Assembly (NCBI RefSeq): GCF_963853765.1
Contig: NC_088858.1
Coordinates: 51,150,001 to 51,214,000, forward strand
Length of the DNA stretch: 64,000 nt
Source of the DNA: Magallana gigas
Taxonomy: Eukaryota
Direction of reading: 5' to 3'
Positions 1-12,039 of this stretch are shown piece by piece (position 1 is the stretch's first letter; each line of letters opens with the position of its first letter). Both the position numbers and the translations under genes were made by a program. The notes under the pieces are model-generated. The model did no database searches. It was given only the letters and a program-made list of their open reading frames with translations, and was not told where the DNA came from.

Positions 1-8
1 ATACTTAC

Positions 9-193
9 CACGGTCAGCTATCCGTGTCCGCGTCAAATGCTGAACTTGTGAAACTAAAACATGCCACACAGGCTTCTAACACGATACCCCCTTCACACAC
101 TAAGCACGTCTTTATTGCTGAACAGCTCGGCCGGGTATATCTTAGCGCCTATTGTTAGCGTCGGCCAAGCACGTTGCAAAGAATTATGGGAAA
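9..193 (-). other. Probable first exon and promoter of a gene that continues left of the window
   Basis: Strong minus-strand donor CCGTG|GTAAGTAT with GT at 8-7. A ZNF143/Staf-like motif (minus strand TTTCCCATAATTCTTTGCAA) lies at about 174-193. No ORF can be assigned. Confidence 0.35.
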
Positions 194-2127
194 AATAAAA
201 TCGGGTGTGTTCGATATGAACAGTGATTGTCACAAAATTGACTGAACTTTATCTATTTTACAACGTTTGATAAACAAGTTCTACAACTTATATTAATATC
301 TCTCGTTTATACATGGTTCTTATGGAGATCAGTATAGTCCAGTGGTTTGAACTGATTTTATTGTAATGTATCCTTGTGTTACAATAGGATTGGGTACAAG
401 TTCGAAAACTTATGTAGCCCTCTCTCTATACAATAATTGACATACATTTTTTTTACATGCAAATTCAATGCCATACATGCGAATAAATATAGAGTTTCAA
501 AATATTTTACAGTAAAGTTTCAGATAGTACATTCTGATATAAATGTAAATACGTTATCAACACCCAGTCCAGTCTAAAAATGACCAGGACCAAACAGCCC
601 TCTCTTGATTTATTTCATCAAGTTATAAACTTTCTGCAAATTATGCAATTTGATTCAAGCGGATTTAGAATTATATAGATGATTAATGATTAATAAGATG
701 TAGAATGACCAGGTTGCACAATGAATACAGAGTTTGGTATTTGATATACGAAAATAAAATAGCTTTTGGATGAACGGTACACTTGTTCTTAAATTTTCCC
801 AAAAAAAAAATTGCTTATTTTTTAAAAATATTTTTAAGTTTAATATTTTTAACAATTCTCTAAATTTTATTGTGTTTGGTTAGTCTAACCTGGTGGTTAG
901 AATTATTTTCGTAAAGTTGAAAGGGATTTGCACCCGAGAATAAAGTGAAATTCGTCCGTTAATTTACCAGTACTATTGAGAGCACAATGCCTTTCAATTT
1001 CAGGAATCCCCTCCAGTCTACCAGTTTCAATCGGTAAACGGTGATTTGTTGTTCTGAATTTAATAAGTGGTTTCCAAATTTTTTTGGTAAGAATGCTAAG
1101 CTACTTTTCAAATCCAGAGTTTTGTATATATATTTGACCTTTTGATGAATTATATATTTTACATTACTAGCCCATTTCTGAATAAACTGGTCTTGTAACC
1201 TTTGTTAGATGACAGCAGAAATCCACTTAACAGTAGGTATTGTAGAGCACTGATCTGTCTAGATTTTGGAAAAACAACAGGAGTCTAAAATGCGTCCCAT
1301 GGGAAAGCCCGGTCGATCTTGTACGTATATCGATTTGATACTAATACAGCAGCAAGTCTGCGTACATACGCTGTCTGCTGAAAAGCATCGCAAAAAGGCG
1401 TTATACTGCGCATATAGCTTACAATATTAGATAATTTCATAATGCATTAACTGACGACAATTTTAAACTCTAGAATACCTTATTGTTAATCCTGAATGTG
1501 TATATGGAGTTTGATTTCCTACTATTGGCCCTTATAGTCCATTTGATATGTCAAAAGTACGCACAGCTAGCTATTATACCTCTATAACAGGGCCCCAGAC
1601 GTGTCATCCCCACCATTCTTTGTGACAGAGATCAGCATCCGTTAATGGATTACTTTAAATAATTCAGAAGTCATTTCCCCGAGGTCAGAAATTGATTACA
1701 GCAAAATAAATATACATATTGACAGTTGTCATAGTAAAATGAAAGTAACACAAATTATGACAGTATTCCAAATAAATTTCAATGTAGTGTGTAGGAGATA
1801 AATTAATATTTGATTTCTGTTTTCACTCATATAAATGAATTGGTTAATGAAATTTGTAGAAAGACATTGTATGCTTCTGCACCAGTAGTGATATCATTAC
1901 AATATTTCCCCACAGAACCCAAATATTTATTTTTCATAATTTTTAATTATTATAAAGTGATTCAATCGAAAATATGTAAATACATGTAGAAACTGTATTT
2001 TTTCTGCAAAAGACTTCAGCGCATATACTTGTAAAAATATTTAAAAAGCCAAAAAACAAAACAAAACAAGATTATATGTATTTTCATTCGGTACATATTT
2101 CTCCGCCTGTTTTTCCCATGACCTTGG

Positions 2128-5100
2128 TCAGTCTTTTCTAAAGTCATCAGGGGCGGGGTTCTTTGGTTCCCTGGTATCCGTAATGGTTAGTGAATTGGTC
2201 TTGGATATCTGAGACAGGCTGCTTTCTTTCCATATCCGTTTTATCGATCTTGAGAAACAGAAACTAAAGAAAATGAAACAACCTTGGAGGCAGACGAGAG
2301 CCGTGGAGACCCAAGACAAGACCGGCCATCCAACGAAGGCGTTCACAATCTGTACAGTCCAGACCAAACCAGTAATGGAGAACAGCTTCACAAAGGTTTT
2401 AACTTCCGCTACTTTATCATCTCTCAATTTACTCGAAGAGGATATTCCTCGAACAGTCTTAAGGAAAAAGAAACAATTGAGACAGCAGGTGACTATGATA
2501 GGCGCGATAAACAAAATAATATTGGAAATGACATGTTCCACAAAACATATCCGTTCGCCGTATCCAAGCGTTCCACTAACGCCGACCATCACTCCGATGT
2601 TTGTTCCAACAACGACAAAAGGAACCAAGTAAGAAAACAGAAAGTACCTGTAGAATGTTCGGGATGTGAAGTGGATTTCAGATCGTACAAGATCCCGGCT
2701 GTTAAAAACTCTGTACATGTGAAAACAGCAAATTAGCAGGGAGAAACATGTACACAACCAGAAATAGTGCAAAAGAATGCCAACAACTGGACACCAAATG
2801 CCATCGCCTTGGTTATCGGAAAAGACAAACAAAAGCTGTGCAAAGAAAAGAGAAAACACCAAGCTCATGAGGTTCAAGCCAGGTATAGTGCGTAATGTCT
2901 TGAACAAGCAATATGTCACAAATGTAACGAGCAAACAGAAAAGACTTACACCCGTGCACGTTAAAGTGAATATTCGAAGAGGGATATTGTCTTTTGGAGA
3001 CTGCAGGAGGGGTTCGTTCTGTTCGCAGATTTGAATGGATCCATTCAGAGCAACGACAAATTCTCCCATCTGAAAGCGTCGATGGGACGATTTCAAAATC
3101 AGTTCAAAATGTTTATAATCAACATGGAAATCACTTCTGTTGTACACACGCTGTTTACAAAACAACAATGGGCCGATAAAGACGTTTGTTAGCGGCGTTT
3201 GTAGAAAGGAGGCATTCAGAGAGACTAAGTAGTCGATGTAGGCGGCGGTGGATGGAACAAACTTATTGTCAGAACCGGATAGTGGTGCCACGTGGTGTGT
3301 ACCACGTGCAGTCAAAGTGGACGACGATGATACGGGGAACATTCCCGGTCTCATGCTGGACGACCTTTCCTCAATCATAAAAAGGAATGTGGATGGGAAA
3401 TGGTACAAGGCGTCTTCAACCAGGGGACGGTTGACAGAACCCTTCGCCTCTGTTTGGACATATACCAAAGCAGTCAGCTGTGTGGTTCTGTTAGATTCAT
3501 TCACTACCGAGGATTTCTGGATTGGGAAAATAAAGCGATCCTTTAACGTGTTTGGAAATAGAAAGAGCAGCCGATGTTGAATTTCTGTTAAGACGGAGTT
3601 GAGCCTTGACGTAACGTCAAACTCGTCCTCGCTTCCAGACTGTTCGATTGTGACATCAACTTCAAAATTAAGGGTGTATTTTGTTGACACGTCGATACTG
3701 AACAGCGCTGAACAATTTCCACCTACAAGGATCTTTCCCGGATAACAGACGTAGTAGTTGGTTGGGTCATTCTGTAAAGATATCAATCAATATCAAACAT
3801 TATGCAGAACGATTTGAAACTAGGTAGAAACAGGTTCAAGTTACATAGAAAAACTGGATTTGCTGTTATGTTTTTAAAGAGTTATTCAATATGAATTTCA
3901 TTTTTAATCACATTATTTTCATTGATGATTGCCATAAATCAGAGCAACATTGACAACATGGTGATTATGACATAATAGTTTATCAGAGCTCGCCTAACCC
4001 AAACATTAGTTGGATATCTCAAATTTACAATATGGAAAGGAAATATACTGAAAAATTATACATACATCTCCATTTAAATTTAATTCTGTAGATACGCCGT
4101 TAAATCTGAATAACATATTCAAAAGGGGCGGCCGCACAGCACTCGATCCTGGGTTTGATCTGCAGTCAAAGTTCAGACGGCTCGGAACTGTACAGTCAGC
4201 ATCAACACACGGTGGGTTGCAAAACTTACAAAACCTGTTTTTGTACCTGGTTTCTGTTGGAAAAAGAAGGCTGAAAACAGCATCAGGGAATAGCTCACAT
4301 GCTTCTTTATAGGATTGGTCATAATGAGTACTTTGGTTGTCACAGGTTTCAATTGGTTTGTCCTCTGTGTAAGGCGCCTGTGGGTTGCACTGTTCACAGT
4401 ATCGGGTGCTGACGTATTTGCTATAATGGGACTCCTCGCACGCCCACTGGACGTCGGGGTCATTAATCTCCAGATACTTTGTAACATTGCATTTATCGGG
4501 GAACATGGGCGGCGGTATTTCGCACTCGAAAGACTTGGCCGTGTTTAACCATATGTTACATTGGCTAGAAGACATGGCCGTCGAGATGATGTCTGTGAAA
4601 CTTGTGGAGTAAAATATATTTAATTCGTGGGAGCATTCAACGCTCACTCCATGGACGCTGTAAGACGATGGGATCTGGGGCTTGTCATCGATGATTTCAA
4701 ACTGGCTGTTACACAAAAAGCAGTATATATTGCGGAAGGACAAATCATCCTCAGACACCGGAAGGATATCATGGCGACTAACGCTGTTTTCACACAAGTA
4801 CCGAATGGCGGCAAAATGCAAGGAACCGTCAAAACGGTCGTCCATGCGTAAACAGGCATTGAAAACTCGCACCAGTTTTGGTTTTCCGTTGGGAATGAAA
4901 CGGTCCTGTATGCATGTGATTGGCAAAGAAAGTGCGACATCGAGGCCACACTGGCAAGGGTCTTCCATCATGCACTGAGGATTACAGAGACTGTCGCTCG
5001 CGGTGTAGTTTCTAGCGATGGCGGGTAACAGCGTTTTGTCGCAGATAGGGACAGGATACAGAGATAACTGTTTCAGTAATAAATAGGTGATGTTGATTTG

Positions 5101-6297
5101 CGCGTCTTTGGTCGTCATCACGCCGTGTTCGTACCTCTCTGTTGTACGATTCAATTCCGTGTACATCTGCATTTCTTCCTGAAGGGATTCGTTATGGAAT
5201 ACAATTTGACGGAAAATGTACATATACTTCTTCGTGTTTGAGATGTATTCATCAAATTCTAATCTAACATCATTATAGAAATACTCTCTTCCTCTTGGGC
5301 CTGAACTAAAGCTTGCTCTACTGTTGCAAAAAAGACAGAAAACATTTTTGTAAGGGTGGGCCATCTGAAGAGCAGGGTTTTCTTCACAAGCTAAGGCCAG
5401 GGATTCATCGTACTCGCGCCATTCTCCCGTCACATTGCACGTGGCGATCACGCGACCCTCGCCTGTACCAATCGGGTTACACATGGCACAGAATATGTTG
5501 GTGTAATACCTATATCGAAGATCGTATGACGATTCACAGGCCATCTGAATTTCATCGATGGATTCCAACCACGTGCCCGTGACGTTACAGCGAGTTCGGT
5601 ACTGCGGTGACTGAGGTAACAGCGTCTTCCGGCGGACGGGCATCGTGTCCCGGGGAGAGTAAACTAGACCGCATAACCACATTTGTGCGTAGGCCATGAC
5701 CTCCTCATAAGAAGACAGATAAAAAATGGTCCTTCTTCTCAAGCAATCGTCGTAACCAACACTTAAATTCCAATCAATGAGGTTTTTCTCTGATTCGCCG
5801 TGACAAAAAGCACATTTGCGATTCAGATATGATACGTTTGTGATCAAAGAGGTCACAGGGGGGTTGGTCAATTTGTAAAAGGGAGTTCCCTCTATTTCAC
5901 ATTCGCGGCTGTATGACGTCCTGTTTTGTGGGGGACAGTAATCAACAACAGCATACTCTTCAGGCTCTATATAATTCTGTCGGAGTCTCTGAGGAAAATT
6001 TACAACAGCGGATCTGTATCTTGTATATGTTCTCGCAAAGAACTTGTCCGGACAGCAGTTTCTTTGCTCGAAGCAAGTGTCATCACACGAGCACTCGGGA
6101 CACAGTAGGGACTTCTTGAGTGTCTTTGTGTGTGGCAGGCGGTGAGAGGCTGACCAATCAGAACACGAATAGCCCAGGCCACAGGCACTCAGGTAACTCG
6201 TCATTAACTCGGTCAGATTGACTTGAGCCCCCACCAGGTGAGCTACAGCAACCATGACCACAGCAAAGGACAGGGCATACCTTTTCCAATGTTGCAT
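2128..6297 (-). CDS. Adhesion/Methuselah-like class B 7TM receptor with an N-terminal somatomedin-B-like domain and repeated Cys-rich modules, 1291 aa
   Basis: Two coding exons, 6297-4066 and 3771-2128, joined in phase 0 (GAT|GTATGT ... TTACAG|AAT; intron 4065-3772). Signal peptide MQHWKRYALSFAVVMVAVAHLVGAQ follows an acceptor at 6303-6302, and a 5'UTR exon donor GTAAGT lies at 6604. SMB-like CSCDDTCFEQRNCCPD. Seven hydrophobic helices carry class-B motifs: LRTIPGLNLMSL, CPVVGILLHYFWLC, YGERICF, LQGCFIFFSFC. Confidence 0.9.
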
Positions 6298-7599
6298 TTC
6301 TCTGCAGGGTATGAAATCAACTTTAGATTTGTAATAGAGGCATGTAAGTTCATTCATAATCAGCATAATTCGGCCAATTTCTTTTATGTAGTTTCACAAC
6401 CAGACCTTTGTTTGTTATTAAAACGAACGAAGTTAAAATTGATGCGCTTTTTTATGGATTGACTTATCAAGAAAAGTAATGATAATAGTTTGATTGCCTT
6501 CTTGCAATATTCACTCAATGATAAGTTAAAAGGCAAAATCGAGATAAAAGCACATAATCGAGAGTAAAATTTAAGGCAAGAAATCTTTTTAAAACGTTAC
6601 TTACCGCTAGTTGACAGTTCCAGTTAACAACCGAGTGATGAGATTTCCAGGAGCAGGTCCATTAACTTATACTCGAAGGTCTCCTGGGGACCTCATAAAT
6701 TTCTAAATGTCGCACGGATTAATTTCACGTGAAATCATTCTCCCAAAGTAATTTGCGAAAGTGATTAAATTTGCAATGACATTATTGCAGGAAAACACAG
6801 TTGTACTGGACCCGACCTGATTACTGTGTGTCAATTATTGGTCTAAAAGTGTATGTAAATAACCATGTTCTTTGTTTTAATATGTTATGCCCTATACGGC
6901 AAATTACTTCAAGAATTCACTTTTTGTGGTAAAATGGGTGGCTGCACAACCCCTTTTGTAATTGGAGTTTGTTGGGCTGGTTTGGAACAACAGTACTAGT
7001 GACCTTGGTCAGTGAGATGGTTGAATTATGAGTACATAGTATAATGTGGCATAGTTAAATAATGTATTGATCTGTTAACAGTGTTCACAAATATTACAGA
7101 AATATAAATGTTTTAATTTCGTAGAATTTATATGATTTTAGATCAAGAATGTTTACGTATTGTCGGTTTTAATTTTATTAGAATGAAAACTCATGATCAG
7201 CTATTTGATAAATACTATTTGTTTTATAAAAACACATTCTCGTCCGTTTTACATCCGTAGCCGTAGGATTTTGACTGATTTCGATCATGTTTTATAAGTT
7301 GGCCCTTTCTTTAACAGAATTCCCTATCCATGTTCTATAAACATGGATGATTAAATTAATGACATTCGGACACTGCACACCGGTCATAGCAAACAGTCCC
7401 CCTACTGCAGCCCCCGGAAGGAAGTACATTTTGCCGTCGTATTTTAATACAGGTACAATGTTTACAAAACATACCGGATAGAGCCGTGCTAAAAATGGTT
7501 TGTTTACAATTGTTTGGAAGTCCGAAAACGTTCTTTTGAAATAAACAATAAAATACCTAAACTTTATTATTTTTTCTTTCACAATTTGTGTATTAATTA

Positions 7600-8062
7600 T
7601 TTTTTTTCGAATTTGATGTTTACAATGCTTCAGTAAGGCATTTTAAATAGGCAATTAAAATTTGGGTGTCATTTGATGAGTTATAAGCGAGTTACAGAGC
7701 TTACAATTCTTCGCTATGTAAACAAAGTGTTTGTTTACATTTCGAATGTTGAAGTGAAAATTCCAGTTTTAGACCTAAAAAAATGTGTTAATCGTTAGGA
7801 ACTGTTTATTTATGCTTTAAATGAATAATAAGATAGACAAACCAGCTTTAAAAAGATTTTTTTACTGGTATATTGAACCTATGTAAACAAAAACAGGGCA
7901 CGAGCCTTGTTTACATGACGAAGAATTGTGAGCCCTTTATCTTGCTTAAAACTCAACGACTGGCACCCAAATTTCATTTGATCATTAGAAATGCATTCCT
8001 AAAGCATTGTAAATAATAAAAACAGAAAAATAGAATTTGACCAAAATCGTGACCATGCCCCT
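7600..8062. mobile_element. Non-autonomous foldback/MITE, Kolobok-like, left tip missing
   Basis: Imperfect long inverted repeats centred near 7816: TTTACAATGCT 7619-7629 vs AGCATTGTAAA 8003-8013, and TGTAAACAA near 7717 vs TTGTTTACA near 7907. The right end reads CCAAAATCGTGACCATGCCCCT|TTAT. The superfamily call is inferred from the RR/TTAA-like terminus. Confidence 0.6.
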
Positions 8063-8589
8063 TTATGTGTAACTGGACAGCGTAGCATTAGTCAACAGAT
8101 CGAAACCACCCGTTTGTTACATCATAAGAATTTTTAAAATGCATCATATAGTAAAATAATGTGCAGTGTAAATATTTTAAAACCTGTTGACCAGTAACAA
8201 CCTCCAGCTAGATTCTGTGTTTACATGATGCATTCCCAGAAATAATGAACAACAACAGTTACTTTCCTCGTTTAATTAACAGCAAATGATACATTTGCAT
8301 AAAAATTCAAATGATAACAACAAATTTACAAAATATTACTTCAAAAAATTTTGAATTATTATCACCAATACATTATCAATATCCCTGAATTTCCTGTTAA
8401 TTGCGGGCATCAACAATAATTGTAACTTATAGCGGTGAAGTTCCACGTGACACATTTTTCCGGAACAGCTGTCGAATGTATCATTCATGTTTGAGATCCC
8501 ACTATATTCTGAATCCCGCTTCTTTCCCTTTAACGCCGTTTACTGATCGCCAGGAACCCATGTCCTGATAAGGCTCCACAAATCCTCGC

Positions 8590-9571
8590 TCACTCTGGGC
8601 TGGGTTTTAAATCCACCCGGAATGGTTTGTCTACGGGGAGTGATCCGCACCTGGCGACGATTATCTCCGTTAGGGGGCGGTCGTTACTGTCTGTGGGAGT
8701 GTTCTCCATCTTACGGAATATGTCCTTTAAACCAATGGTCAAATTATTAATAACTGAATAAAATCAAACATTTTTTAAAGCATAAATCACTTTGCTGAAA
8801 TGGCGAAATTTGAAATTATGAAATCAATAGTCCCATTCGTGATCATATTAAACGATGCAACTGCTTTCTTGCTTGAATCTTTATCGCACTCATTTGATAC
8901 ACTACCATTCAGTTTCCAGAACCCGTGGTCCTGACTACATGCAAGATATGCAATGTCTGTGGATATGTATGCTTTTCAGTACGAAGATTTTGCAATTTTA
9001 TACAAGAACTTTGTAATTAAGGAATAAGGAATCATTCATTGAGTATTATGAGGTGATTATTTTTGGGCTTTATTGGATTTGACCACGCTCCGACCAAAAT
9101 TATCACCTTGTGATTTCTAAAAAATGATTCCTTAATACTTATATTTATATAATTTCCAATTTGTAACCACTGTTTTTTCATGTAGCGCATGCTTTGTATT
9201 ACAACGAGGCGCAGCCAGTACTGTTTCTCGGTTATGCTATAATTATAATAATTAAGTCACCAAAGTATACCTTACATATTTTGAGATTTTTAAAAATGTC
9301 AAACGGTTCATGTTTCAATTACTAAGTAGTTCGGTCATGCTTATTCTCTAACCAGTATACAGAAGCCGCCCTCCAGTCGTGAAACACCCACCCACAATTG
9401 TTTCACGACCTCTCATAATACACTCTCAGTGTGATTGATGACACGATGTCATCACAATGTACAAGAAGTTCCGGTTAAGTTCTTAAAAGTAATGCAAAAA
9501 ATGTGAAGTATCTTATTCAGCTCTTGTGAATAGCGCATTAAGTGACTGATAATCTGGTAGAGAGAGACAAC

Positions 9572-9642
<71 letters not shown>

Positions 9643-10641
9643 TTACCATTCCAGCTAAGACTTTGCCGAACACCACGTGTTTGCCGTCTAACCAGGGGGC
9701 AGGGACAGCGAATATGGCGAACTGTGAAGAGTTGGTGTCCTTGCCGTGATGCGCCATATTGACCCAGCCAGCCCCGTAATGGTCCAGGTGGAAGTTCTCA
9801 TCCGGGAACCTCGCTGTCTCAAATATACTTCTGCCTGAAAAACACGTCGAGATTGTTAAACCTAACATTTATATGATTATTATGCTACATGTACAACATA
9901 CGGTCGGTATATAATGTTTCCCTCAAAAATTAAAGAAAGCAGTCTAAATATCAATTGTACCTCCATATCCATTTCCCTGTGTTATGTCCCCTCCTTGTAC
10001 AATGAAATCTCTTATAATTCGATGAAAACGCACTCCTTCGTAAGTTAATCTCTTTCCATCACGTACCTACAATGCACAATATCTACATGTACACACTAAC
10101 ATATATACATGATGCATATAATGCTAGAGTATTGAGGAAATCGTATGATCCGCCACATTAAGTGGGGGAATCAGTTTACAATCTCCATGCAGCCATTTAA
10201 ACAATATGTTGAACCTCTTACCACGGTGCCCTCGGCCAGAGTCTTAAAGTTGAGGACCGTCTTTGGAACCACATCACCGAACAGACCAATCACCATGCGC
10301 CCTATCTCCTCATCCCCCATCTTGATGTCAAAGTACACCTACAAAACAGATCAGAAATCTTATCATTTCTCCGACTCTTGAAATCTTCTTTGTCTATTAA
10401 CGTCTGAAAAAAACATTTTCCCCGCGATTTGTTTTGACAAACCAGGGACGTATATACGTCCCTGGACAAACTCGGGTTTCCAACCATCGCGTGATAACAG
10501 CAATGACGTTGTAGAGGAATAGATGAATGGTCTTACCTTGTCTGTGACCATAGGTCCGACATTGTCTGAGCCGGTGTCATTACTACACACCACCGCCAGA
10601 CAGACCACCAACAACACGAGCTGTGTCCCCTCCCACGCCAT
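8590..10641 (-). CDS. Secreted cyclophilin-type peptidyl-prolyl cis-trans isomerase (PPIB/PPIC-like, divergent)
   Basis: Five exons: 10641-10537, 10338-10222, 10066-9961, 9834-9647, 8724-8590. All GT-AG and phase-compatible. Signal peptide [20 protein letters not shown]. Motifs [54 protein letters not shown]; ends [11 protein letters not shown]. Confidence 0.93.
9018..9141. mobile_element. Short palindromic MITE (internally deleted copy)
   Basis: Imperfect terminal inverted repeats of about 45 bp: TAAGGAATAAGGAATCATTC...GAGGTGATTATTTT vs AAAATTATCACC...AATGATTCCTTAATACTTA. Lies in the last cyclophilin intron. Confidence 0.6.
9575..9640. repeat. (AG)33 microsatellite
   Basis: Uninterrupted AG run in cyclophilin intron 4, starting 6 nt after the donor on the minus strand. 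Confidence 0.97.
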
Positions 10642-11529
10642 GGCTGCTACCTTCTGATGGTCAGACTGAGATCCCGTCTATCGCGCGGAGCTTAACAGGC
10701 GGAACACGTGGCAATCTTACTCACAGCTACAGCACCACCGCCGCACAATCAGCACATACACGAGGGTCTGAGAATCAGCGGGGGCGGATCAAAGAAACCG
10801 ACGAAAACTTCCCTGGAACATAGGTGTAGTGCTTGGTAATTCCTAAATTCTGATAAATTGATTGCTCCCGAATTTGCGTAAAATGTATCTTTTGTCACCA
10901 AAAGCCACGCAACCACATATTATCTAGATTAATGGCTGATTAAATAACTCGATCAGCCTGTATATAATTTATACACAGACACGGAGCGCACATGTGGTAG
11001 ACACCCCGGTGACTAGCGGGGTCTCGCCGAGGGTATCCCACCGTTATCTCTCATCTCACCCACCAACTCCGAGTGTAGGGTTTCTTCAATGAAAAGAACT
11101 TTAAACATGCATACAAACTGTGGGGTGCTGCTTTAACATGCAAGGAGCAATTATACTAGTAGTCTAAACGGGAATGTAACATTATACATCACTAAAGTGT
11201 GCAGAGAAAACACAAAACAGCTACATGTACATGTAGTACAGTGTTAACAGTTATTTTTCATTTATTCACATTAACATACGTACATGTACGTTTACTTTTG
11301 CTCAACCTCACAGTTTTGAATCAACACATGAATTAAACAACACAAATGTCATGATAATCATTGCGAAAAATAAACTTTTCCTGCTCTTACAATATACAAG
11401 TGTCTTACGTTTGAAGCTCTGTATATCGGTCTATAATCTTGACACAAAAATATGTTTACAGTACATGTATGAGTTCTTTTCAGAGCCAGTTGTTTGGCAT
11501 TTTAGCAAACTGTATATATGTCCCTTGAA

Positions 11530-11810
11530 TGAATGTTTATCCATACAGTAAATAATTAGATTGTTAATCCGTACAGTAAATAGATTGTTTATAATAAATA
11601 CAGTAAATACAGTACGGTAAATAGTAAGATTGCTTATCCATACAATGGATAGATAGACTGTTTATCCATAGTTAGATTGTTTATCCATACAGTGGAAAGT
11701 TCAATTATTAATCCATTGTTAGATTGTTTATCTATACAAAGAATAGCTAGACTGTTTATCCATACAGTGAATAGCTAGATTGCATTCCCATCCAGTGAAT
11801 AGCTCTATTG
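11530..11810. repeat. Degenerate minisatellite of about 28 bp (TAGATTGTTTATCCATACAGTGAATAGC)
   Basis: Recurrent TAGA(T/C)TGTTTATCCATA cores, located in the probable 3'UTR of C1orf43. Confidence 0.7.
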
Positions 11811-11957
11811 TATAATCAATCACACAATGGATGGTAATAATATTTATTCATAAAGTTTGTTCTTTGCTCATTCAATGGATAGTGAGATTGTATCCAAACA
11901 CAGTTGATAGTGAGATTGCACAGTTGTCCCATCCTTCATTTCCTGACTTGACTGAGT

Positions 11958-12039
11958 CCACTCAGACCAATGAGTACACTCAGACCAATGAATACACTCA
12001 GACCAATGAGTACACTCAGACCAATGAGTACACTCAGAC
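11958..12039. repeat. 18-bp tandem repeat (CACTCAGACCAATGAGTA), about 4.5 copies
   Basis: Directly visible; one substitution in one copy; overlaps the C1orf43 stop codon. Confidence 0.92.

Noticed and set aside
1-9. ATACTTACC, identical to the 5' end of U1 snRNA
   Set aside because: The following sequence is not U1 (no TGGCAGGGG, no Sm site). It is the reverse complement of a consensus splice donor.
2273-6188. Numerous 60-150 aa ORFs overlapping the receptor in other frames
   Set aside because: Shadow ORFs of a long GC-richer coding region, with no recognisable motifs.
9452-9646. Poly-SL tail in ORF 9452..9868
   Set aside because: Translation of the intronic (CT)n microsatellite beyond the donor at 9646.
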